NCBI GenBank assembly: GCA_964592255.1
Contig: CAZQCI010000001.1
Location: 15,885 to 79,884 of the forward strand
DNA from: an uncultured Nitrospiraceae bacterium
GTDB lineage: Bacteria; UBA10199; SBBF01
Length of the DNA stretch: 64,000 nt
Direction: 5' to 3'
Each line of letters opens with the position of its first letter. Within the stretch, counting starts at the first letter, position 1. Shown one piece after another: positions 46,280-56,682 of this stretch. The translations under genes and the position numbers were made by a program. A model generated the notes under the pieces. The model saw only the letters and a list, made by a program, of their open reading frames with translations. It was not told the DNA's origin and ran no database searches.

Positions 46280-47736
46280 TCGACGTATGCCTCCTCTTAG
46301 AAGGAACCTATCCTTATGTCGCTGGAGGAGTATCCACGTGGGTTCATCAACTTATTTCTTCCATCAAAGATTTACGCTTTGGTATTTTATTCATTGCACC
46401 TTATTCAGACCCTACACGCACTCTAAAATATGAAGTACCCAACCATGTGCTCTATCTGAAAGAAATTTATTTACACGACTACAACTTAGAATTACGACCC
46501 AAAAGAAAACCAACCTCACAAGACTATGAACTGATTAAAAAATTTTATGAAAATGTTCAAAAAGAGGATTTCAAGTTATTTGCTAACTTTGTTCGCCTCT
46601 TCCAAGGAGAAAACTCATGTTTCGGCATCCAAAATCTTTTTAATTCGGAGCAAACCTGGGATTTGCTTACTTATTTTTACGAACGATATGCGGGTGATAT
46701 TTCTTTCATTGATTATTTTTGGACTTGGCGAGGTACCCATTTACCCTTGATGCAAATGCTCACTGCAGAAATTCCACGAGCTAAAATTTACCATGCCGTC
46801 TCAACCGGTTATGCAGGTCTTATTGGAGCCATTGCTAAACAATTCAATCAAGGAAAGTTTTTTTTAACAGAACACGGGCTCTATACTCACGAGCGCATGC
46901 TAGAAATCTCACAAGCCTCTTGGATTTATGAACAGAAAAAAAGAGATTTCAAAGCCGAAAAAGGATTTTCTTTTTTTAAGCAATGGTGGATTACCATTTT
47001 TGATACTCTCAGTCGTTTAGCCTACGATTCAGCCGACAATATTTATACTCTATTTGAAGGCAACAAAAGACGGCAAATTTTACAAGGCGCACAAGCCGAT
47101 AAAATCACAGTCATCCCTAACGGCATTGATGTTATCGCCTTTGAAAAAATTGAGCGGAGTAAAAAAACACACCCACAAATAGGTCTTATTGGACGAGTTG
47201 TCACAATTAAAGATATCAAAACATATATTCAAGCAGCCCGTATTGTTCTTCAAAAGTTACCGACAGCCTCTTTTTACATCATTGGCCCTACGGATGAAGA
47301 GCAAGAATATTTTGAAGAATGTAAAATGATGGTGGAAGCCCTGCACATGGAAAATAATATTATCTTCACGGGGCGAGTAGACCCAAAAACCTATTATGCG
47401 TTTCTGGACTTAGTAGTCCTTACCAGTATTTCAGAAGCCCAACCTTATGTCATTTTAGAAGCCAATGCCGTAGGCATACCGGTAGTAGCCAGCGATGTGG
47501 GGGCTTGCCGAGAAATGCTGGAAGGAAGCAGTTCTTTGGATCGGACCTTAGGAGTGAGTGGTAAAATCACAGAAGTATCCAACCCTGACGATACAGCTAA
47601 AGCCATTGTAGAGATTATGACCAACGAAACCCTGTATCGGCATATGAGCCAAACGGGAAAACAAAGAGTGAAACAATATTATGACGATCGTGATTTGATC
47701 AGCAAATACATAAATATTTACGAAAAAAACTTATAA
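46258..47736 (+). CDS. pelF: PelF-like cytoplasmic GT4 glycosyltransferase with an N-terminal DUF3492-type domain
   Basis: N-terminus MIDVCLLLEGTYPYVAGGVSTWVHQLI matches the PelF/DUF3492 start. C-terminal GT4 region (EAQPYVILEANAVGIPVVASDVGACREML). Confidence 0.8.
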   Translation: MAGGLLMIDVCLLLEGTYPYVAGGVSTWVHQLISSIKDLRFGILFIAPYSDPTRTLKYEVPNHVLYLKEIYLHDYNLELRPKRKPTSQDYELIKKFYENVQKEDFKLFANFVRLFQGENSCFGIQNLFNSEQTWDLLTYFYERYAGDISFIDYFWTWRGTHLPLMQMLTAEIPRAKIYHAVSTGYAGLIGAIAKQFNQGKFFLTEHGLYTHERMLEISQASWIYEQKKRDFKAEKGFSFFKQWWITIFDTLSRLAYDSADNIYTLFEGNKRRQILQGAQADKITVIPNGIDVIAFEKIERSKKTHPQIGLIGRVVTIKDIKTYIQAARIVLQKLPTASFYIIGPTDEEQEYFEECKMMVEALHMENNIIFTGRVDPKTYYAFLDLVVLTSISEAQPYVILEANAVGIPVVASDVGACREMLEGSSSLDRTLGVSGKITEVSNPDDTAKAIVEIMTNETLYRHMSQTGKQRVKQYYDDRDLISKYINIYEKNL

Positions 47737-47745
47737 CTTATTCTT

Positions 47746-49152
47746 ATGGCTGGCATTGGCTTCAGATTACAAAAACTTCTTGCGGGTGAGTCCTACACTG
47801 ACTTGATACGGGCTTACTTATACTCTTCTGTTATCACTTCAGGACCTATGATCATCGTCATGATCACTTTAATGCTGACTAACTCTCTCATTAGTCATAA
47901 CCTAGATTTAGAAGCAGCTAAAAATATACTCCCACTCATCATTTACGTTTATGCTTTTTCCATGGTTGGCGTAGGGCCTTTTGTCTATGTCGTCACCAGA
48001 AATATTGCAGATAAATATTATTTGAAAGAAATAGAATCTTTCACTCCCATTTACTTTGCAACATTGGAAATTGTATTTATATCTCAAACTTTACTCGCCT
48101 TGCCTTTTCTTGTCTTTTCTTCTTTTGATTTCACCACTAAATGGGTCGTACTTTGTCTCTATCTTCTAGTAAGCGGAATTTGGGTAGCCATGCTTTTTCT
48201 TTCTGCCGCCAGAAGTTACTTGTGGATTGTAGGAGGCTTTATTTTTGGAGGCCTAGCCGGGCTAGCCTTTTCCTGGTTTTTAAGTCGGATAGAGGGGCCT
48301 CTTGGTTTTATTAAGGGCTATACGCTAGGCCAAGGAGTCACTTTTTTAATTTTATGCCTGCGTATTTTTAAAGAGTTCGGTTATCGCTTTAACCATGATT
48401 ATGGTTTTCTACTTTATTTCAAACGTTACAATTCTTTGGCCTGGGTTGGTTTTTTTTATTATGCCGGTATCTGGGTCGATAAATTTATATTTTGGTTTTT
48501 TGGACCCGAAAGCAACATGGTTCATGGTTTAAAAATTTATAATAATTATGACACCCCTCTTTTCTTATCATTCATCAGTGTCATTCCTTCCATGGCTTTT
48601 TTTCTCATTCAAATGGAAACCAACTTTGTACGGCATTACCATTCTTACTACAAAGCCATACGCGAGCGTGGTTCCCTGCTTCTCATCAGAGAAAAAAAGA
48701 AAAAAATCATCGAAACTCTCAGCCAGCATTTTCAAAAATTTGCCATTCTACAGGGGCTTTTTACAGCCGTAATCATCCTATTTATTGTTCCATTATCTGA
48801 AGCCCTTGGGCTTAACCCTTATCAAGTAGGCATTCTACGGATCAGCCTGTTAGGATCTTACTTACTCATGGGTTATGTGATGGTACTTAATATTTTATTT
48901 TATTTTGAACTACAAAAAGAAGCGTTTTGGATTTCTGCCATTTTCTTTTTCGGAAATGCCCTCTTTACTTTTGCCACTTTAAAAATTGGATTTGCCTCTT
49001 ACGGTTTTGGATATACTTTAGCCTCTTTTGTAAGTGTCATGGTAGGCTTTATCGTATTAAATCGTCGGTTAGAAAAACTGAACTGCTTAACCTTTATGAA
49101 TCAACCTATTTTAGTCCCTCAGTTTAAATTAGAAAATGAAGAGCAAAACTAA
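47746..49152 (+). CDS. pelG: PelG-like polysaccharide exporter (MATE/MOP-like, 12 TM)
   Basis: N-terminus MAGIGFRLQKLLAGESYTDLIRAYLYSSVITSGPMI resembles the conserved PelG start. 468 aa, polytopic. Confidence 0.7.
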   Translation: MAGIGFRLQKLLAGESYTDLIRAYLYSSVITSGPMIIVMITLMLTNSLISHNLDLEAAKNILPLIIYVYAFSMVGVGPFVYVVTRNIADKYYLKEIESFTPIYFATLEIVFISQTLLALPFLVFSSFDFTTKWVVLCLYLLVSGIWVAMLFLSAARSYLWIVGGFIFGGLAGLAFSWFLSRIEGPLGFIKGYTLGQGVTFLILCLRIFKEFGYRFNHDYGFLLYFKRYNSLAWVGFFYYAGIWVDKFIFWFFGPESNMVHGLKIYNNYDTPLFLSFISVIPSMAFFLIQMETNFVRHYHSYYKAIRERGSLLLIREKKKKIIETLSQHFQKFAILQGLFTAVIILFIVPLSEALGLNPYQVGILRISLLGSYLLMGYVMVLNILFYFELQKEAFWISAIFFFGNALFTFATLKIGFASYGFGYTLASFVSVMVGFIVLNRRLEKLNCLTFMNQPILVPQFKLENEEQN

Positions 49153-50249
49153 AACATAAAACGTCTCATACTAATATTAAGTGCAAGGGCCAAGGCAATC
49201 CAGTTAGCAAGCAGAGCCGAGCCACCATAACTAAAAAAAGGTAAAGGAACTCCTGTTAAGGGCATCAAGCCTAACACACCCCCCAAGTTAATAACCATGT
49301 GCCAAAACACTAAACTAGCCAAACCAACACATAAAAAGAAACAAAAACGCTCATGAGAATGAAATGCAATATTCAATTCCAACAACAAAAAAGCCAAATA
49401 GAGTAGTAAGATAAAAGAACAACCTAAAAAACCCCATTCTTCTGCCAAAACGCTAAAAATAAAATCGGTATGCCGTTCAGGAACAAATTTTAACTTATGG
49501 GTTTGTCCTTTCAGATACCCTTTACCTACCCATCCTCCGGATCCTACAGCAATACGTGACTGGATGACGTGATAACCAGCACCTTTACGATCCATTTCTG
49601 GATTCATAAAGGTTGTAATACGATCTTTTTGGTACGGAGATAAAAATGAATAAGCCACCACACACAAAATAATACCTCCAGAAGCTAAGCTCGCTATCAC
49701 TTTCCAACGGATGCCTTGAAGAAGAGCTAAGGTTAAATAAATTAAACCAAAAAATAAACTGGAACCTAAATCCCCTTGTTTTAACACCAAAAGAGCAGGA
49801 AGAAGAAAAAGTATAAATGAAGGAATTAAATCAAGAAAACCCGCAACCCTTGAAGAGGGTTGATCAGAAAAATATTTAGCCAATCCAAAAATCAATCCTA
49901 ATTTTGCCAACTCACTGGGCTGAAGACTAATCCCCCCAAACTGCAACCAGCTTTGATGGCCTGCAATTTTTCTACCCACCACAAGAACCAGTATCAATAA
50001 AAGCAAACTCATACCGTAAAAAAAGTAACTAGCATGGGATAAATGGCGATAATGGATGCTCACAATGACAATCATCAACCCGAAACCAATGCCACTCCAC
50101 ATTAATTGGGCTCGAAACAAAGCACCAATGCTATGGACATCAAAACTGGAAGTGGCACTACGCAAGTTCAATAAACCCATTCCAGCCAACAAAAAAGCCA
50201 CAATTAACAAAGGCCAATTAAAATGAGTTAAGAGTCGTCTATCAAACAT
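49149..50249 (-). CDS. rodA: Peptidoglycan glycosyltransferase RodA (SEDS family)
   Basis: 366 aa, 10 TM. SEDS motifs (…VPERHTDFIFSVLAEEWGFLG…; GVLGLMPLTGVPLPFFSYGGSAL). The stop overlaps the pelG stop by 4 nt (convergent). Confidence 0.9.
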   Translation of the reverse strand: MFDRRLLTHFNWPLLIVAFLLAGMGLLNLRSATSSFDVHSIGALFRAQLMWSGIGFGLMIVIVSIHYRHLSHASYFFYGMSLLLLILVLVVGRKIAGHQSWLQFGGISLQPSELAKLGLIFGLAKYFSDQPSSRVAGFLDLIPSFILFLLPALLVLKQGDLGSSLFFGLIYLTLALLQGIRWKVIASLASGGIILCVVAYSFLSPYQKDRITTFMNPEMDRKGAGYHVIQSRIAVGSGGWVGKGYLKGQTHKLKFVPERHTDFIFSVLAEEWGFLGCSFILLLYLAFLLLELNIAFHSHERFCFFLCVGLASLVFWHMVINLGGVLGLMPLTGVPLPFFSYGGSALLANWIALALALNISMRRFMF

Positions 50250-50260
50250 AATGGATTCTC

Positions 50261-52153
50261 TTATAAAGAAGGGCCAGGGTTTTGCTTTCCTAGATAAGCC
50301 TCAATGACTGCCAACGCTACAGGGGCAGCGGCAGCGCCGCCATGTCCTCCGTTTTCAACAACAACAGCCATAGCAATTTGTGGATGATCATAGGGGGCGT
50401 AACAAACAAACCAAGCATGGTCATTCGTGTCCTGACTCCGTGCCCGTTTTGATTCATAACCAATCACCTGAGCGGTCCCCGTTTTTCCAGCAATCTTATA
50501 AGGGCTAGCCCTCAACCGTCCGGCGGTCCCCCCTGCTCCATGAACCACATCAATGAGACCTTTTTGAATCCATTGCAACTCCTCGGGGGGCACCACGGCA
50601 GATGGAGCCCCTGTAGTAGAGGGAGAAACTGGAAAACTTAATTCACGAACTACTTGCTTCTGAGCATCTAAAATATTTTTACCTGCATGAGGATGAAGAG
50701 GATACCCTCCGTTAGCAATCATTGCAATCATCCGGGCATTTTGTAATGGAGTCACCAAATCATAGCCTTGTCCGATGGAAATGGAGAGCGTTTCACTTTC
50801 AATCCAGGGTTGCTTAAAACGTTTGAGTTTCCATTCCGAACTGGGAATAAGACCAGATTGCTCGAAAGGAAGATCCACTCCTGTTTTCTCCCCTAATCCA
50901 AGAAGATGAGCATAGTGATGCAAGCCATCTACACCTACTTTCAAGCCAACGTTATAGAAAAACACATCACATGATTGAGCAATCGCTCGCACTAATTCCG
51001 TCGAACCATGCCCCCCTTTGTTCCAGCATTGAAAAAAACGGTTTCCAAACTGCATACCCCCACCGCAACTAAAATGACTATCCGGAGTAATTGCATGAGA
51101 ATGCAAACCGGCAAAAGAACCAACAATTTTATAGGTGGAACCGGGTGGATAAGTGGCCTGAATAGCCCGGTTATAAAGGTATTTAGCAGGGTCCAAATTA
51201 ATTTTCTGCCAATAAGCATGGTCAATATTGCCCATGACTCGGTTACCATCATAACCGGGGCTGCTATAAAGTACCAAGACTTCCCCAGAAGAAGGGTCCA
51301 AAGCAACAACCGAGCCTTTTCGATCCCCTAAGGCTTGAGCGGCTGCTTGCTGCGCATCAAAATCAAGAGTCGTCAATAAATGATGACCATCAATGGCCGC
51401 CTCACTCTCACGCTCTTGAATTAAAGAGATGTCAGCATGTCCTTTGACTTGACGACCACGAGCATCCACCACACGGGCCTTCATACCATCTTGCCCCTTT
51501 AAGTCTTTGTCGTAGGTTGCTTCAACACCAGCAGCACCCATAAAGTCACCAGAAGAATAAATTTCTGGGTGTTCCAGCTGCATTTTTTCCAAAGTTGTTT
51601 TATCGATTTCTTTCAAGTACCCCAAGACATGTGAAAATAATTCGGGATAACGATACACACGAAGATGAGAAGAACGCACCTCTATCCCTTTGAGCGGTGA
51701 AGAACCCTCATCGGCATCATCAGGAGCTTGATATTCACGAATACGGGCCACCCAATCATAAGGAGCATCCTCACGCAGCACAACAGGCATAAACGAAGGC
51801 TGGCCGGCGGCTTTCTTAAGCCGGGCATCCATCTCTGTTCGTGTTAGTGGGATAAGACGAGCTAAAAAATCCAAACTCTTTTCCTTGTCGTGCAAATCCT
51901 GAGGGATAACAACAATTTCAAAATAAGGCCGATTATCGGCTAATACTTTACCGTTGCGGTCGAGAATTAATCCTCGCCTAGCTCTCACTTCTTCAGAACG
52001 AATGGAGATTTGTTCAGAAATTTGCTTATAAGTATCTCCTCGGAGAATTTGAAGATAAAATAATCGAGAAAGAACTATCAGAATAAAAATAAAAACCGAT
52101 AAAAATAAAAAAGCCATTTTAACCTGTAGGGCTTGTGGTTCATCGGAGTTCAT
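50261..52153 (-). CDS. mrdA: Penicillin-binding protein 2 (elongasome transpeptidase)
   Basis: N-terminal TM. SxxK STYK. SxN SCD. KTG KTGTA. 630 aa. Confidence 0.9.
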   Translation of the reverse strand: MNSDEPQALQVKMAFLFLSVFIFILIVLSRLFYLQILRGDTYKQISEQISIRSEEVRARRGLILDRNGKVLADNRPYFEIVVIPQDLHDKEKSLDFLARLIPLTRTEMDARLKKAAGQPSFMPVVLREDAPYDWVARIREYQAPDDADEGSSPLKGIEVRSSHLRVYRYPELFSHVLGYLKEIDKTTLEKMQLEHPEIYSSGDFMGAAGVEATYDKDLKGQDGMKARVVDARGRQVKGHADISLIQERESEAAIDGHHLLTTLDFDAQQAAAQALGDRKGSVVALDPSSGEVLVLYSSPGYDGNRVMGNIDHAYWQKINLDPAKYLYNRAIQATYPPGSTYKIVGSFAGLHSHAITPDSHFSCGGGMQFGNRFFQCWNKGGHGSTELVRAIAQSCDVFFYNVGLKVGVDGLHHYAHLLGLGEKTGVDLPFEQSGLIPSSEWKLKRFKQPWIESETLSISIGQGYDLVTPLQNARMIAMIANGGYPLHPHAGKNILDAQKQVVRELSFPVSPSTTGAPSAVVPPEELQWIQKGLIDVVHGAGGTAGRLRASPYKIAGKTGTAQVIGYESKRARSQDTNDHAWFVCYAPYDHPQIAMAVVVENGGHGGAAAAPVALAVIEAYLGKQNPGPSL

Positions 52154-52707
52154 TTCAAATATTTCCTCTGATTGCTTTTGACCTGATAAAAATCAGCTGC
52201 GGTAATTTGAGCCTTCTGCTTTGAAAACAAGCCCAACCAAGGACGCACCGTTACATCAAGTAGAATGAATAGTGGCAAGCTCGCCAACGCGGTTAAAATG
52301 GAACTACTCAACATCACTCCTAAAGCAGAAGGAGCACGATCCAAAACAGAAAACCCTCCAAAAAGCCAAAGGTTTAAAAATTGATTCCCCAAATAAAAGA
52401 GAAACACCCAAATCATTTTTGTCAAATAAGCTTCGGTCAGTATTTGATCCACAACAAGCTGGAGCACAGAAAAAATAATTAAATGGGTGAGTACTAAAAA
52501 ACCAGGAGGAACATAACTAAAAGTTTCTGCCATTAGGGAAAGTCCTACAACGGCTACCATGCCTCGTCCCAAAGATAGAGTAAACCCAGTATAGATCACT
52601 AATAAGGTGATACAACCCAGTTCCCCTCCAAAAAAAGGAACCCGAATCAACATTTGAGGTACCAATAACAAGGCCCCCCATAACCATATGAAAAAAATTT
52701 CCAACAT
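52150..52707 (-). CDS. mreD: Rod shape-determining protein MreD
   Basis: 185 aa, polytopic and hydrophobic. Position between mreC and mrdA. ATGA overlap. Confidence 0.7.
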   Translation of the reverse strand: MLEIFFIWLWGALLLVPQMLIRVPFFGGELGCITLLVIYTGFTLSLGRGMVAVVGLSLMAETFSYVPPGFLVLTHLIIFSVLQLVVDQILTEAYLTKMIWVFLFYLGNQFLNLWLFGGFSVLDRAPSALGVMLSSSILTALASLPLFILLDVTVRPWLGLFSKQKAQITAADFYQVKSNQRKYLK

Positions 52708-52724
52708 AAGAGAAGTGTTTAGTT

Positions 52725-53555
52725 TTACTGGGGTGTTTTCAGCACCCTCACCTGTTCCAGCTTACCCATATCTACTTTAGGAAGTACTAAAGCGGTTTGA
52801 AAAAGGTCATTGTCTCCCTTTTTAATATCCATAACCGTACCAACAGGAATCCCTTTAGGGTAAATCGGGCTTAATCCAGAGGTCATCAATAAATCTCCTG
52901 GATGAATTTCATCCCCTAAGTTGAGGTATTCCATTTGGCTTAAAAATGGGTAGCGTTTAAGCTCCACTGTATCTCCCAAACCAGACACCAAGGCTTTAAC
53001 CCGAGTATTTTCATCCAGCACATCAACAGAAAAACGGGAGTCAATCAGCAACAAAACTTGAGCTGTTTGAGGAAAAACTTTAACGACCCGCCCCACCAAA
53101 CCTAAAGAAGCAACCACCGGCTGATTTACTTTAACTCCTTTGTCATAACCAGCAGAAATCCAAATAGTTTTTGATAAGGCCAGAGGATCAAAAGAAATAA
53201 CATCAGCTGCAATAAAATCTCCCAAAGAAGACGTAAGCCGGTCTGTATCTTGAGACTGGTGAATTCGTTTTAATTCTTCATTAAGAAAAAGAATTTTTTG
53301 GTCTAAAGCGGCCAACTGCTCTTTAAGAAGGCTATTTTCCTTACTAACACCCACTAGAAAAAAGTATCCAGACACCCCTTTTTTAAAGAAAGAACTTACA
53401 GAAGACAGGCCCGATGCCACGGGTTGGTAGACCCGGACCAAGAAGCGATCGATATAACCAGCTACCGGCCAAGAGTCTTTCCAGGAAGAATGAAGCAGGA
53501 AAAGGAAGCTTCCCAGTAAAAACAAGAGAAGAAGAAGACGGCGTTTAAAAAACAT
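52725..53555 (-). CDS. mreC: Rod shape-determining protein MreC
   Basis: N-terminal TM. Coiled-coil segment (LKEQLAALDQKILFLNEELKRI). Beta-domain motif SGLGLVGRVV. 276 aa. Confidence 0.85.
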   Translation of the reverse strand: MFFKRRLLLLLFLLGSFLFLLHSSWKDSWPVAGYIDRFLVRVYQPVASGLSSVSSFFKKGVSGYFFLVGVSKENSLLKEQLAALDQKILFLNEELKRIHQSQDTDRLTSSLGDFIAADVISFDPLALSKTIWISAGYDKGVKVNQPVVASLGLVGRVVKVFPQTAQVLLLIDSRFSVDVLDENTRVKALVSGLGDTVELKRYPFLSQMEYLNLGDEIHPGDLLMTSGLSPIYPKGIPVGTVMDIKKGDNDLFQTALVLPKVDMGKLEQVRVLKTPQ

Positions 53556-53603
53556 ACAGGAAGAATATTTCTTCTCCTTTGATAAGGAGAGATGAAGGAG
53601 AGA

Positions 53604-54668
<1,065 letters not shown>

Positions 54669-54788
54669 TCACAGGCAAGAATTTTGTAGAAAATTTGATA
54701 CAACATCCAACTCATAAGCCCAGCAGACAAACTCAAAATACCAAAAACAACAACATACAAATGAATCATCTATTGACAAAATTTATTA

Positions 54789-54812
54789 ATTGAATAATTA
54801 ATTAATTATTCA
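54789..54812. promoter_or_regulatory. Perfect 24-bp AT-rich palindrome (candidate operator) in the promoter region of the Cys-rich protein gene
   Basis: TTGAATAATTAATTAATTATTCAA equals its reverse complement. An extra TTGAA half-site follows immediately. It ends 13 nt before the AGGAGGG RBS of the 54838 gene. Confidence 0.45.
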
Positions 54813-54837
54813 ATTGAACAATTAAAAAGGAGGGAAT

Positions 54838-55974
54838 ATGGAAGCTTCAGCAATCAGCCTGGCTATTCTCATGATAGGTTGTGAGAGCAGTGACAAGAGC
54901 GAGACAGATTCATCTAGCAGTGAAGCTACTCTTTGTGACGAAGGCCCCTCTAATGATGAGGCCTGGGAATCCAATAACAGCTTAAGTGAAGCAACCCCCG
55001 TTGAGTGCGGACAAGAAATTGATGCGACTATTGCAGGTAGTACTAATCGATTTAACTCAGATACTGACTGGTATGTCCTAGAGCTTGATCGTAAAACAGC
55101 ACTCAGCGTGGATGTGTATAAATATAATTATTGCAGGCAAGTAGATCTTTACCTTTACGATAGTGATCGTAACCCATTAAATACGGATGAGTTTGTTGAT
55201 GGCACTGTCTATATTGAAGCAAACGCTGCATCTGAAGACGACCCCGATCCCGAATATTATCATCTCACAATATCATGCGAGCAATGTCCAGACACCCCTG
55301 CCACAACCGAATGTTATGAGGGAGATTTATGGTCTTATACCGAATGTGGAGATCTGATTGAACAAGTGCAAGATTGTGGAAACGAGGAGACTGATTGCAA
55401 TGAGGGTGCATGCTGTGACCCGGAAGCCAGAGGTAGCAGTGAATGTTATGACGGTGATGCCTGGTATAATAACGAGTGTGGGGACTTGCTTGAAAAGAAA
55501 AGAGAGTGCGGTAGCGATGATTGCAATGAAGGGAAATGCTGTGACCCGGAAGAACCCAACGGCAATCTTGTTTGCAACGGTGATGATTTATGGACTTCCA
55601 GCGAATGTGACACACCACTGGAGTTTGAAGAAGACTGTGGTAGCTGCGGCTGTAATAGCGCTTTTGATAAATGCGAAAAAGATGTAAATTATTACTATTG
55701 TAACATTTATGCTGAGGATGAGGCCGATATCTATTACCTCAATTTCTGCACTACGGATGGAAATATAGAGTATTATGACACATGCCCTGAAGGAACATAT
55801 TGTCATGTCAATTGGCCAGACCAAACTTCAGTGAGCTGTGTAGATTACTATGAGATGACCTCTACCCAACCACCTTTCGAACCATCAGGATGGGAAGGAG
55901 TCCAAACTTTTTCAGGCATGAACAGCGTGCTTGATGAATGCACCCTAGTCCCTTCTGAGACTACAGCGGAATAA
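54838..55974 (+). CDS. Secreted Cys-rich protein: PPC (pre-peptidase C-terminal)-like domain followed by three tandem Cys-rich modules
   Basis: Short N-terminal hydrophobic segment with a possible lipobox (LMIGCESS). PPC-like DTDWYVLELDRKTALSVDVY. Three repeats of about 42 aa: ECYEGDLWSYTECGDLIEQVQDCGNEETDCNEGACCDPEA, ECYDGDAWYNNECGDLLEKKRECGSDDCNEGKCCDPEE, CNGDDLWTSSECDTPLEFEEDCGSCGCN. Confidence 0.5.
   Translation: MEASAISLAILMIGCESSDKSETDSSSSEATLCDEGPSNDEAWESNNSLSEATPVECGQEIDATIAGSTNRFNSDTDWYVLELDRKTALSVDVYKYNYCRQVDLYLYDSDRNPLNTDEFVDGTVYIEANAASEDDPDPEYYHLTISCEQCPDTPATTECYEGDLWSYTECGDLIEQVQDCGNEETDCNEGACCDPEARGSSECYDGDAWYNNECGDLLEKKRECGSDDCNEGKCCDPEEPNGNLVCNGDDLWTSSECDTPLEFEEDCGSCGCNSAFDKCEKDVNYYYCNIYAEDEADIYYLNFCTTDGNIEYYDTCPEGTYCHVNWPDQTSVSCVDYYEMTSTQPPFEPSGWEGVQTFSGMNSVLDECTLVPSETTAE
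55309..55680 (+). repeat. Three imperfect tandem coding repeats (about 126 nt each) encoding the Cys-rich module
   Basis: Protein-level triple repeat as above. It is in-frame and diverged at the nucleotide level. Confidence 0.5.
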
Positions 55975-56015
55975 AATCCTTTGCATCTTTTTGAACCCCT
56001 TTATAATAAAGGGAA

Positions 56016-56621
56016 ATGGCTAACAAAAAAGATCCCGAGCTGGAAGTTCAGCGTAAAACGCGTATTATGCTGGCTACTTTTAAGCTCATGTCCCAAAAAT
56101 CCGTAGAAGAAATGACGATGGCGGATGTCGCCAAAGAAAGTTCGATTAGCCCGGGACTGGTTTCCTATTACTTCCAAAATAAAGAAAACCTGATTGTAGA
56201 AACCGCCCACTTCATCCTCAACATTCGTAAAGAAGGCCTTTTCACCTTGGCTAAAATGAAAACATCCGCAAAAAATCGGATTAAAAAATTTGCGGAATTA
56301 GCACTTCCTTCTCAAGATGAAGTGGAAATCATCGCTAAATTCTTCATTCACCTATGGATGTATAGCCAAAAAAGCCCCCGCGTTTCTGAAGTTTTTATGG
56401 GCCTTGTTCACGAACAGCAAGATTTTGTGGAAAAAATAGCCCAACAATTAAGACAAGAAGGGGTTGTCAAAAAAGGCAATATGAAAGCCAAGGCTTTTCT
56501 CATCAATGCCGTTTTAGACGGATTAGGAATCCATATGACCTTAAAGCCCGAATGGACCAAAAAACAAATACACAAAATGTTTCACACCATGATTAATCAA
56601 ATCATTCAAAGCGATATCTAA
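56016..56621 (+). CDS. TetR/AcrR family transcriptional regulator
   Basis: N-terminal HTH TMADVAKESSISPGLVSYYFQNKENL. 201 aa. Confidence 0.8.
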   Translation: MANKKDPELEVQRKTRIMLATFKLMSQKSVEEMTMADVAKESSISPGLVSYYFQNKENLIVETAHFILNIRKEGLFTLAKMKTSAKNRIKKFAELALPSQDEVEIIAKFFIHLWMYSQKSPRVSEVFMGLVHEQQDFVEKIAQQLRQEGVVKKGNMKAKAFLINAVLDGLGIHMTLKPEWTKKQIHKMFHTMINQIIQSDI

Positions 56622-56682
56622 AGGGAGTACCATAAGAGAAAACGGTTGCATTTGAGTATCAAGAGACGTTAAAAATACAGTC

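Noticed and set aside
55265-55824. Overlapping ORFs on both strands within the Cys-rich repeat gene, and the idea that the tandem repeats could be a CRISPR-like array
   Set aside because: The repeats are in-frame protein modules. They are about 126 nt long, diverged, and have no spacer structure. No cas genes are present. The overlapping ORFs are frame shadows.
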